DNA of 64,000 bases from an uncultured Phycisphaerales bacterium (GCA_963755915.1 CAVWLP010000003.1:832001-896000); one strand, 5' to 3'; positions 55,531 through 63,766 are shown, counted from the first letter of the stretch. Numbers and translations: made by a program. Notes: generated from the sequence alone by a model not told the origin.

Positions 55531-56859
55531 TTACAGTATGAACTGGCTAAGGTCCTCGTCCTTCACCACCTCCGCCAGCCTCTCCCTCACATACGCCGCA
55601 TCAATCCTGATCTTTTTCTCCGGCAAATCCGGCGCATCAAAGCTGATCCCTTCCACCACCCGCTCGATGATCGTATAGAGCCTCCGCGCGCCGATATTCT
55701 GCGCCTTGCGGTTGAGATCAAACGCCATCTGCGCCATCTGCGCGATCGCATCCTCCGTGAATTCGACGCTCAATCCCTCCGTCCCCAGCAATTCCACCTG
55801 CTGCGTCGTCAGGGAATGCTTCGGCTCATGCAAAATCCTCACGAAATCGTCCTTCGTCAAATCCGAAAGCTCCACCCGAATCGGAAACCGCCCCTGAAGC
55901 TCCGGCATCAGATCGCTCGGCTTGCTGCTGTGAAACGCCCCCGCCGCGATGAACAAAATATGATCCGTCTTCACCGGCCCATACTTGGTAATCACCGTCG
56001 ACCCTTCCACGATCGGCAGCAGATCCCTCTGCACCCCCTGTCGCGAAACATCCGGACCATGGGCAGATTCCGTGCCGCAAATCTTGTCGATCTCATCGAG
56101 AAACACGATCCCATTCTGCTCGACGCGCGTTATTGCCGCGGAGTGAATCTTTTCCCGATCGACCAGCTTTTCCGCCTCCTGCGAAAAGAGCACTTTCCGC
56201 GCCTCCCTGACGGTGAGCCGGCGTGATTCCCGCCGGGTCGGCATCATTTTTTCGAGCATCGACTGAAACTCGACATCCATTTCCATCCCCGCCGGCCCCA
56301 GCACGCCAATCCCGCTGCGCTGCTCGATCTGAATCTCGATCTGCCGATCCTCCAGCTCTCCGGCCTTGAGCTGCTCGCGCAGTTTCTCCCGCACCCGAGT
56401 TCGCTTGGCCTTGGCGTCCTCGTCTTCAAAGCCGGTGGTTCTCTCGCCCGGCAGGAGCATATCCAGAATGCGCTCCTCGACCCGCTCAGTCGCCGGCTCT
56501 TTCACGGCCTGGGTCATCTCGTCCCGCACCAGCGATATCGAGGAGTCCAGCAGATCGCGGATCATCGAATCGACATCGCGCCCGTGATACCCCACTTCGG
56601 TAAACTTCGTGGCCTCGACTTTGATAAACGGCGCATTGGTAAGCGACGCGAGCCTGCGGGCGATCTCCGTCTTCCCCACGCCGGTCGGTCCGATCATGAT
56701 GATGTTCTTCGGCGACACATCCTGCCGCAGCCCCTCCGCCAACTGCTGCCGCCGCCACCGATTGCGTATAGCCACGGCGACCGCGCGTTTCGCGTCTCCC
56801 TGGCCGATGATGTACTTGTCCAATTCCGCGACGATCTGACGAGGGGTGAGCGTTTGCAT
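55531..56859 (-). CDS. hslU: ATP-dependent protease ATPase subunit HslU
   Basis: LTPRQIVAELDKYIIGQ, GPTGVGKTEIARR, FLDEIDK, GVQRDLLP, NIGARRL, DLSQFIL. Confidence 0.97.
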   Translation of the reverse strand: MQTLTPRQIVAELDKYIIGQGDAKRAVAVAIRNRWRRQQLAEGLRQDVSPKNIIMIGPTGVGKTEIARRLASLTNAPFIKVEATKFTEVGYHGRDVDSMIRDLLDSSISLVRDEMTQAVKEPATERVEERILDMLLPGERTTGFEDEDAKAKRTRVREKLREQLKAGELEDRQIEIQIEQRSGIGVLGPAGMEMDVEFQSMLEKMMPTRRESRRLTVREARKVLFSQEAEKLVDREKIHSAAITRVEQNGIVFLDEIDKICGTESAHGPDVSRQGVQRDLLPIVEGSTVITKYGPVKTDHILFIAAGAFHSSKPSDLMPELQGRFPIRVELSDLTKDDFVRILHEPKHSLTTQQVELLGTEGLSVEFTEDAIAQMAQMAFDLNRKAQNIGARRLYTIIERVVEGISFDAPDLPEKKIRIDAAYVRERLAEVVKDEDLSQFIL

Positions 56860-56957
56860 AAAGACCCAGATTGTAGCCTCGGCACTTGCAACTGTTTACT
56901 ATCCACAAACCGATTCACCGCCCGCTTCGCTGGAGAGCGCTGAGATAACATCCTTTT

Positions 56958-57040
56958 TTTTCTTGGCGCTCTTGGCGTCTTGAGCGAAGCGGGCGGTTAT
57001 AAGATTTTTAACCGCCAAGACGCCAAGAGCGCCAAGAAAA
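56958..57040. repeat. ~80-bp palindromic repeat, empty copy 1 (IS target family)
   Basis: TTCTTGGCGCTCTTGGCGTCTTG-AGCGAAGCGG-GCGGTTA..TAACCGC-CAAGACGCCAAGAGCGCCAAGAA. Confidence 0.95.
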
Positions 57041-57113
57041 ACTAGAATTTCATCTCCGCGTTCTCTCCGGTGAAACGATCCCATTCTGGTGCAGAAGCAG
57101 TTATAATTAGCTT

Positions 57114-57356
57114 ATGCCCGCAACTGAAGAAGAACTCCGCAAAGTGCTGAAAGCATTCAAAAAGCGTCTGAAGCTTACCCGGCTCGACGACGACTCCCGC
57201 ATCGGGCACGGCCCCCTCAGCGGCACCGGAAAAGTCCAGACTGTCTCCATCCAACCCCCCGTAGGCTTCGGAAAGGAAATCTGGGAGGAACTAGCCGAGA
57301 AGGGGTATCTCAAACGCGACACAACCGGCTTCTACGAACTCGGCGAAAGACAATGA
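57114..57356 (+). CDS. Small hypothetical protein (possible winged-helix C-terminus)
   Basis: 80 aa; TATAAT 6 nt before ATG; WEELAEKGYLKR..GFYEL. Confidence 0.7.
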   Translation: MPATEEELRKVLKAFKKRLKLTRLDDDSRIGHGPLSGTGKVQTVSIQPPVGFGKEIWEELAEKGYLKRDTTGFYELGERQ

Positions 57357-57466
57357 TCACTGGGCCTCCGGCCCGACGGCCTCCAGCCGATGCGGAGTAC
57401 CGCTCCTCGCCTCCGGCTGCGGTTTGGCATTCTGCATTTCTCCCCTCTTCACACTAATATATCCCC

Positions 57467-58669
57467 ATGGGGCTGACCCACACTGTCCACCAATCCTTTT
57501 CCTCCATCCCCGCCGCCCAATGGCAATCCCTTACCGCGGGCAACAGCGAGCTCGCCTTCGACCCCCGTCTTCTCGGCGCGATGGAATCCAATCTCCGCGA
57601 CTATCCCTTTTTCTCCATCGTCATTCACGACGACGCCGCTTCGGCTTCTGCCGCTGCCGTCGCCTTCACCTGGCTCTTCCCTATTGATCTCAAGCAATTC
57701 GCCTGGATGCGCTGGCTGACCAGGCTGCCTCTTGGCCCCTTGCACAACTTGCTTCGCTTCAACATTCTCTTTTGCGGCCTGCCTCTGCCCGCGGGGAAAA
57801 ATCAGCTCCTCATCGCCTCCGATGCCGACCATCCCGCCGTCATTGCCGAGGTGAATCGCGCCCTGCGCCTCCTGGCCAAACGGCAAAAGGCGAGCGTTAT
57901 CGTCATCAAGGAATTCACCGGCCCCCAGTGCGAGCAATTGAAAGACTTTTCCGACGCTGGCTTCCTCAAATGCCAGATCCCGCCGCTCCACTCGCTTTCC
58001 AGGCCATTCACCAGCTTCCAGGATTACCTGGGCTCCCTGCGTTCGCGGTATCGGGCTGAGATTAACCGCTCGATCAAGAAATTCACTGCCGCGGGATTCC
58101 GGGTTGAGCAGGTCTACGGCCCGGATCGCCTTTGCGAAGTCCTGACGGATGACGCCCATAAGCTTTACTGCGCGGTTCGGGACCGCTCGAAATACAAGCT
58201 CGAATTTTTGTCGGCGGATTTCCTGCGGGATCTCGGCCGGCGATTCGGCGCGGATGCGTCGCTCACCTGCATCTATCTTGGCGAGCGGCTCGCCGGCTTC
58301 ACCCTTGGGATCATGCACAACGGCGGCTACTACAACATGAATTCCGGACTCGATTACGAGCTGAATCCGCTCGGCGACGTTTATTTCAACCTCTTCTACA
58401 ACGATTTGGATTTCGCCTGGAAGCGCGGGGCAAAACAGATCGACCTGGGCCTGACCTCCGACGATTTCAAATCGCGGCTGGGGACGGAAATCGAGCCGCT
58501 GTATCTGTTTATCGACGCCCGGCACTGGCTGATCAGCCGGGGGCTGAAAATCTCCTCTGCCTGGTCTTTGCCGCCGCTGGAGGCGGTCGAGCCGCATGAT
58601 GTGTTCAAAAACGTGCAGCCGGAGAAGCCGGGGCGGAAAAAATCGGGGGTTTCGGAGAAGATTTCCTGA
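57467..58669 (+). CDS. GNAT/FemAB-like acetyltransferase-fold protein
   Basis: IKEF, SFQDYLGSLRSRYR, GLDY, YFNL, IDLG..FKSRLG. Confidence 0.75.
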   Translation: MGLTHTVHQSFSSIPAAQWQSLTAGNSELAFDPRLLGAMESNLRDYPFFSIVIHDDAASASAAAVAFTWLFPIDLKQFAWMRWLTRLPLGPLHNLLRFNILFCGLPLPAGKNQLLIASDADHPAVIAEVNRALRLLAKRQKASVIVIKEFTGPQCEQLKDFSDAGFLKCQIPPLHSLSRPFTSFQDYLGSLRSRYRAEINRSIKKFTAAGFRVEQVYGPDRLCEVLTDDAHKLYCAVRDRSKYKLEFLSADFLRDLGRRFGADASLTCIYLGERLAGFTLGIMHNGGYYNMNSGLDYELNPLGDVYFNLFYNDLDFAWKRGAKQIDLGLTSDDFKSRLGTEIEPLYLFIDARHWLISRGLKISSAWSLPPLEAVEPHDVFKNVQPEKPGRKKSGVSEKIS

Positions 58670-59080
58670 GGCGATACTGCCGGCTGGATTTCGCCGATTG
58701 CGACGATAGATGGAGCGCGGTGGAATTCACGGGAAGTTAGTGGGTGTGAACACATTGTTTGGGCGTTGTGGCGGGGGGTTTCGTTACCGTTGACACGTTC
58801 GAAGAATTTGAAAAAAGGGTGGGAGGGGTGTACGCGTTTTTTCGCGGATTGCGACAGGGGGTGGAGGGGGAGTCTGGGCGCCGGGGGAGCGTAGAATGAG
58901 ATGGTGGGAGGAGGTTTCATATTGGATGACTGGAAAGATTGAGAGAGGGCCAGCGTCCTTAAAAGCGATGCCTCTATATACAGGTCCAAAAGGTGTACGT
59001 TTTGTACCTATTTTTTGGTGAGGTCGAAAAAAAAATTTGAAATTGGCGTGGGCGAGGCGATCGAGTTGACGAGGTGAGCC

Positions 59081-59368
59081 ATGAATCCGAATGAAACGGC
59101 CAGGCGTGGTTTTCTTTTTGGGGACATCCGCAGCCATTTCTGGATGTACTTCAAGGCGTTTTTGATGCTGGTGGCCGGGGTGATGGCGTCTATTCTGATC
59201 CTCATTGATCATCCTGCCATTCGCACTGCCGTGTTGCTCGCGGTGGCGATCTGGGGGTTTTGCCGGGCTTATTATTTTGCGTTTTATGTGGTGGAGCGTT
59301 ACGTCGACCCTACGTTTCGATTTAGCGGGCTGATGGCGTTTTTGTGGTATGTTGCTAAGAAAACTTAA
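59081..59368 (+). CDS. Small hypothetical membrane protein
   Basis: GAGG RBS; two TM helices, FCRAYYFAFYVVERYVDP. Confidence 0.65.
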   Translation: MNPNETARRGFLFGDIRSHFWMYFKAFLMLVAGVMASILILIDHPAIRTAVLLAVAIWGFCRAYYFAFYVVERYVDPTFRFSGLMAFLWYVAKKT

Positions 59369-59379
59369 ATCCGTTGACT

Positions 59380-59459
59380 TTCTTGGCGCTCTTGGCGTCT
59401 TGAGCGAAGCGGGCGGTTATAAGATTTTTAAACCGCCAAGATGCCAAGAGCGCCAAGAA
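59380..59459. repeat. ~80-bp palindromic repeat, empty copy 2
   Basis: Nearly identical to 56958-57040 (C>T at 59442, one extra A in the loop). Confidence 0.95.
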
Positions 59460-59503
59460 TTCAGAGGCGAAATTTATTTGGTGACTCGGATCCGCAAGTT
59501 CCC

Positions 59504-60683
59504 TCAGACAATAATCAGCGGCACCAGCATTTCTCCGGCTGTCAGTCCCGCATGCGTCCCGAGAAACGGCGCACGCTTCGGCGTTTGGTAGGCATAACGC
59601 AGAAATGTTGGTTCCGATGCAATCCCTAGAAACTGCCCTAAACGCCGGCGCAAAAGCGCTCATCGGCTCGGGGCCGAAGAGGCGCAGATCGTCCGCCTCA
59701 TCCGGCGTAATCAGCGCGAACCATCTGCCGAATTGCTCGCGGAACATCGACGCAAATTCCGGCTCACGGCCGGCGCGGACGTGAAACATTGGTACTGTGG
59801 GCTCGCCGCAGGGGCGCACTTGAGGAGTGACATGATCGGCTCGTCGTGCCGCAGCACGATCCGCTGGTGTGGCGGCAAGGCGACGTGGCCATGGTCGGCG
59901 CTTACGATGATCCGCACACGATCGCCGACTTGGCACGCAAATTTTTCGAGGCCGCGGTCGATTTGTTTGAGCAGATCTGCGATCCACTGGTCTGCCACGC
60001 CGAGCTCGTGGCAAAGGTTGTCGAGCTGAGGCAGATAGACTTGGGTAAACGTCTCTTGCTTTGCCGCCTGCACGCGATCCAGGACCCGATCGAACGCCTC
60101 ATCGACAGTTGAATATCCGATTCGCGGGCGTCCGCCGCTGGAATAGTTCGAATAGGCGGAATCGATGAACGGCGTTACGATTGCCACGTCGCACGGGATC
60201 GCGGTGAGAATCGGGGGCGTCGTGCCGAACATCGATGCGGGGGGAACCCCCAGGGAGGCCAGATCCTTTTCCGAAAACCGTTCGACAAACATGAGGCTTA
60301 CGCCGACCAGGTCGTGCTCTTCGAGATAAATCCACCAGCCGAGAACGCCATGCTCGGCGGGATAGCGGCCGGTGGCGTAGGAGGTCATGGCCGCGCCGGT
60401 GGTTGAAAGAAAGACCGCCTCCAATTCGCCGACGGTGTGCTTGGCGAGAAATCCACTTGGGCACTGACTGCGGAGCAATTCGGATCCCAGGCCATCGACG
60501 ATGACAAAAACGTAATGCTCGGTGGGTTGAATGGAATATCGGAGCCGCTCGGGACGCGCCGGCTTTCCGCCGGACAGAGCGACGAGCGTGTTGATGAGAT
60601 CGACCGTGGTGTTCATCCCCCCGGCGCGGCTTGATCAGTTTCCCTTCCTTAAACCAGCCGCGGATATGTTCGACATCGGACAT
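59504..60683 (-). CDS. Alkaline-phosphatase/nucleotide-pyrophosphatase family protein (about three apparent frameshifts)
   Basis: VFVIVDGLG, FLSTT, DNLCHELG, SADHGH, C-terminal GTHAGLTAGEMLVPL. Confidence 0.75.
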
Positions 60684-60789
60684 TCGACATGCTTTTACCC
60701 GCTTGGGTCCTGTCGTCGCAATCGCCGTGGAAAGCCAAGGGTGCAGGACCGCCCTGTCCCTATCATTTCACCGCATTGCTTGATAGGCG

Positions 60790-60817
60790 TTGACCTATAA
60801 AGGTTAAAGCCTATAAT
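60790..60817 (+). promoter_or_regulatory. sigma70-type promoter of the TA operon
   Basis: TTGACC (60790-60795), 16 nt, TATAAT (60812-60817); CCTATAA direct repeat at 60794 and 60810 as possible operator. Confidence 0.65.
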
Positions 60818-60826
60818 CTTTTATGA

Positions 60827-61184
60827 ATGTGGGAGGTGGAATATACGGACGAATTCGGCCAGTGGTGGGATGCACTGACTGACGCCCAACGAGTCGCGGT
60901 CGCGCGGAGCGTCGAGTTGCTTAAGAAGTTGGGCCCGGCATTGCCCAGGCCGCACGCCGATACGGTGAAGGGCTCGCGGCACCCTAATATGAAGGAACTT
61001 CGCTGCCAATGCGGCGGCAAACCCCTTCGAACATTCTTTGCCTTCGATCCTCGCCGATCTGCAATATTGCTCATCGGCGGCGACAAGACGGGCGATCGCC
61101 GCTTCTACAAGCGAATGATCCCCATTGCCGATGACCTTTATGACACTCATCTGTCCGAACTTCGAAAAGGAAGGGTTGATGTGA
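60827..61184 (+). CDS. RelE/HigB-like (Gp49-type) toxin
   Basis: WEVEYTDEF, GPALPRPHADTVKGS, MKELR, FAFDPRR, GGDK; likely true stop TGA 61182-61184 if one A of the 61165-61168 run is spurious. Confidence 0.8.
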
Positions 61185-61522
61185 TGGCCGGCCACCACAA
61201 ATTCAGCGAACTTCGGGCGCGGATGTCCGCCAAGTCCCGTGCCCGCGCCGGCACGGCGCAAGAGGATATGTCCAAAATGCTCCTGGCCGAAATCCGTAAG
61301 CTTGCCGGGCTGACACAGGAGCAGCTCGCGGCCCAGCTTGGTGTGAAGCAGCCGAGCCTTTCACAACTCGAATCGCAGCAGGACATGCAGATCAGCACCC
61401 TCAAGCGGATTGTCGAGGCGCTCGGCGGTGGATTGGAAATCGTCGTCACCCTCCCCGGCAGGCGTATCTCCCTGAGCCAATTCAAGGATGGCCGGGGACG
61501 CAGACGCAGCAGCGCGGCTTAG
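61184..61522 (+). CDS. XRE-HTH antitoxin (HigA-like)
   Basis: LAEIRK..LTQEQLAAQLGVKQPSLSQLE..DMQISTL; ATG 61184 in a TGATG overlap. Confidence 0.8.
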   Translation: MAGHHKFSELRARMSAKSRARAGTAQEDMSKMLLAEIRKLAGLTQEQLAAQLGVKQPSLSQLESQQDMQISTLKRIVEALGGGLEIVVTLPGRRISLSQFKDGRGRRRSSAA

Positions 61523-61578
61523 TTGTGTCGGGGAAACTGAGGACAGAACCCTCCATTTGACTCATGCGTCTTTTGCAT

Positions 61579-61640
61579 TTCTTGGCACTCTTGGCGTCTT
61601 GAGCGAAGCGGGCGGTTATAAGATTTTTTAACCGCCAAGA
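61579..61640. repeat. Left part of palindromic repeat copy 3, interrupted by the IS
   Basis: Matches the empty copies up to ACCGCCAAGA (61631-61640), then IS sequence begins. Confidence 0.93.
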
Positions 61641-61751
61641 AACTATGAAGCCGAGCCTTTCTCGGGACGTGAACGGGGTCAAAATGCCCCAAGTATGAAC
61701 GAGCGTACCGCGTAGGTCGCTCAAACGTCTTTTTTGAGAAAGGACTCGGCA

Positions 61752-62795
61752 ATGCGAATTCTCGCTTTGGACCTGGGAAAGAACAAGAGCGTTTTTGTGG
61801 ATTATGTCACCGGCGGTGGAGAAAGAACGTTCGGCAAGATCGGCACCAATGCCCACGAGGTGCAAAAACTACTCGAGCGGGTGCGTCCGGATCGACTGGT
61901 CATCGAGGCCGGTCCGGCGGCAGGATGGGTTTGTGATCTGGCGGAGCGGAACAATGTTCCCGTCCAGGTGGCCAATGGCAACGATGAACGCTGGCGCTGG
62001 AAGACGGTGAAGGAGAAGAGTGATCGTAAAGACGCGCTGAAGATGGCGGCGATGTCGGAGATGGATTCGCTGCCGACGGTGCACGTGCCCAAGGCATCGG
62101 TTCGGCAGTGGCGTTCATTGATTGAATACAGACACGGCCTGGTGGATCGCCGCACGGCGCTCAAGAACTCGATCCGATCAATCTACGAGCGGCAGGGTTT
62201 GTATTTGCCCTCGGCGACCAAGGCGTGGACGAAAGCGCGACTGGAGGAAATGAGGAAGGAAGCAGCGGCCGCATCGGCGGAAGATCTGTGGCTGTTTCAG
62301 ATCGGTTGTGAGGTGGCGCAACTGGAGCACCTGGAGAAGCAGATCGAAACTGTCGAAAGCAAGCTTCAGGAGTTGGGCCAGGCCAACAAAGCGGTGAAAC
62401 GATTGCAGGAGGTGCCCGGCGTTGGTCCGCGGCTGAGCGAGGCGGTGGCGGTGATCATTGATGATCCCAGGCGATTCAAGAATGCACGTCAGGTGGGATG
62501 TTACGTGGGTCTGACGCCGCGGCGCTGGCAGAGCGGCGACAGCGATCGCCAGGGGCGGATCAGCAAGGCAGGCAACGCGCTGCTGCGGGAGTTGCTGGTG
62601 GAGGTGGCGTGGCTGGGGGTTCATCGCAATACGTGGATGAAGGACGTGTACGAGAGGGTTCTACGTGACAGCGAGAAGCGCAAGAAGATCGCGATTGTTG
62701 CGGTAGCCAGGAGATTACTGGTGAAGCTGTGGGCGATGCTGCGGGACGGAACCCGATGGAGAGAACCCCAGCGATCGCTGACGGCGGCCACTTGA
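61752..62795 (+). CDS. IS110-family DEDD transposase/recombinase
   Basis: GAAAGGA RBS; ALDLGK (D), VIEAG (E), KSDRKDA (DD), VPGVG, GLTP..QSG (Ser), GRISKAGN, AVARRL; frame intact. Confidence 0.95.
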   Translation: MRILALDLGKNKSVFVDYVTGGGERTFGKIGTNAHEVQKLLERVRPDRLVIEAGPAAGWVCDLAERNNVPVQVANGNDERWRWKTVKEKSDRKDALKMAAMSEMDSLPTVHVPKASVRQWRSLIEYRHGLVDRRTALKNSIRSIYERQGLYLPSATKAWTKARLEEMRKEAAAASAEDLWLFQIGCEVAQLEHLEKQIETVESKLQELGQANKAVKRLQEVPGVGPRLSEAVAVIIDDPRRFKNARQVGCYVGLTPRRWQSGDSDRQGRISKAGNALLRELLVEVAWLGVHRNTWMKDVYERVLRDSEKRKKIAIVAVARRLLVKLWAMLRDGTRWREPQRSLTAAT

Positions 62796-62942
62796 AAATC
62801 GAAAAGGCGATGACTGTCCCGACAAGTCGGTACAGGCGATGGAGTATCTCCCCTCCGGAAGACACCGTGTCAGAAAGCCGTTGTCTTCTGTGCAGGGGAT
62901 TGAGTAGAGTTGAAGTGAAGTGGAATTGACGCGTTCGTGCAG

Positions 62943-63095
62943 GTTGAATGAGCAAGGCCAGACCCCGGTTGGCGTCTTAAGCTTCAAAGCTTGCCGCTAA
63001 GAATAGGGCTGGCCATTTGTACAGTTGAATAGGCCCGCCGCCAGGCGAGAGCACTGAATAGAAGGCTCACCCAATCGACCGCATGAGCGATCAAC
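62943..63095 (+). ncRNA. Predicted bridge RNA / seekRNA (ends approximate)
   Basis: Stem GGCCAG-A-CCC (62956-62965) / GGG-CTGGCC (63006-63014) encloses an internal loop with TTGGCGTCTT (62969-62978) and CCGCTAAGA (62994-63002), matching the two halves of the target; ATAGAAG (63058-63064) matches the IS right end plus core. Confidence 0.8.
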
Positions 63096-63121
63096 GCCCC
63101 TTGACAAGGCTCGGCTCATAG

Positions 63122-63143
63122 AAGACGCCAAGAGCGCCAAGAA
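63122..63143. repeat. Right part of palindromic repeat copy 3
   Basis: AAGACGCCAAGAGCGCCAAGAA followed by TTCAGA, as in copy 2. Confidence 0.93.
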
Positions 63144-63211
63144 TTCAGAAGCCATTCAACTCATTGGTTTTAAATCTCTGCGCTCTTTGCGGTGTCCAGC
63201 GCAGCGGGCGG

Positions 63212-63766
63212 TTAAACTTCGCCGGCGGCGGACTCCTGCTCTTTGCCTTTGGGGACAAAATCAAATTGGTATTTTTCTCCGAGGTGCTCGCGGGTCATGT
63301 GGATGATTTCCTGGGTGTGGCCGCGGAAGTGGGAGATGGTGTTGGTGATGGCGGCGAGGACGGTGGTGTCAAAGCCCTGGATTCTTCGGGCGGAAATAAG
63401 GTCTGTGGCGGTGAGGCGGGAGAGGATTTGGTCGGCTTCGATTACGGTTGATTGGAGGAGGGCGAGGATCTCGGTTTTGGGGCGGTTGGAACGGTCGGAA
63501 AATTCCTGGGGGCGATTGCGGATGTCCTTTTGGTTGCCGACGCCGGCGATGAGCCATTGGCGGAGGTTGCCGGAAAGGTGGAGGCAGAGGTTGGCGATGC
63601 TGTTCATCTCGGGGCGGGGGCGGTGCCAGAATTGCTCTTCATTGAGTTGGGAGGCGCAGTGGTCGATTTTCTGCAAGCCTTCGGAAAGGGTTTCGCGCAT
63701 GGCCGCTTTAAACGAGCGGCAGAGTTCATTGACTGCTATAGAATCTGGGGTTTTTGCATCACTCAT
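63212..63766 (-). CDS. DinB/DUF1572-family protein
   Basis: NSIANLCLHLSGNLRQW, RNRPQEF, SHFRGHTQEI. Confidence 0.85.
   Translation of the reverse strand: MSDAKTPDSIAVNELCRSFKAAMRETLSEGLQKIDHCASQLNEEQFWHRPRPEMNSIANLCLHLSGNLRQWLIAGVGNQKDIRNRPQEFSDRSNRPKTEILALLQSTVIEADQILSRLTATDLISARRIQGFDTTVLAAITNTISHFRGHTQEIIHMTREHLGEKYQFDFVPKGKEQESAAGEV

Larger units (their letters stand above)
61641..63121 (+). mobile_element. IS110-family insertion sequence, IS1111 type (~1.48 kb)
   Basis: Boundaries defined by the interrupted repeat; AAGA at both junctions (61637-61640, 63122-63125); sub-terminal IRs CTATGAAGCCGAGCCTT (61643-61659) / AAGGCTCGGCTCATAG (63106-63121); long non-coding region 3' of the transposase. 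Confidence 0.93.

Noticed and set aside
58670-59080. 400-nt intergenic region with GGTGTACG repeats and small palindromes
   Set aside because: No convincing ORF, tRNA fold or riboswitch consensus could be recognised by eye.
60827-61522. Apparent single-ORF toxin-antitoxin fusion (231 aa)
   Set aside because: Removing one A from the run at 61165-61168 gives a typical toxin end LRKEGLM-stop with a TGATG overlap onto the antitoxin ATG; probably a homopolymer error given the window-wide indels.
61637-63125. AAGA as a classical target-site duplication from a DDE transposon
   Set aside because: The enzyme is a DEDD IS110-family recombinase; the repeat is better read as the core shared by donor and target.
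56958-63143. Repeats as a CRISPR array or integron attC cassette array
   Set aside because: Copies are ~80 bp and 2-2.5 kb apart, intervening genes lie in both orientations, and no cas gene or integron integrase is present in the window.
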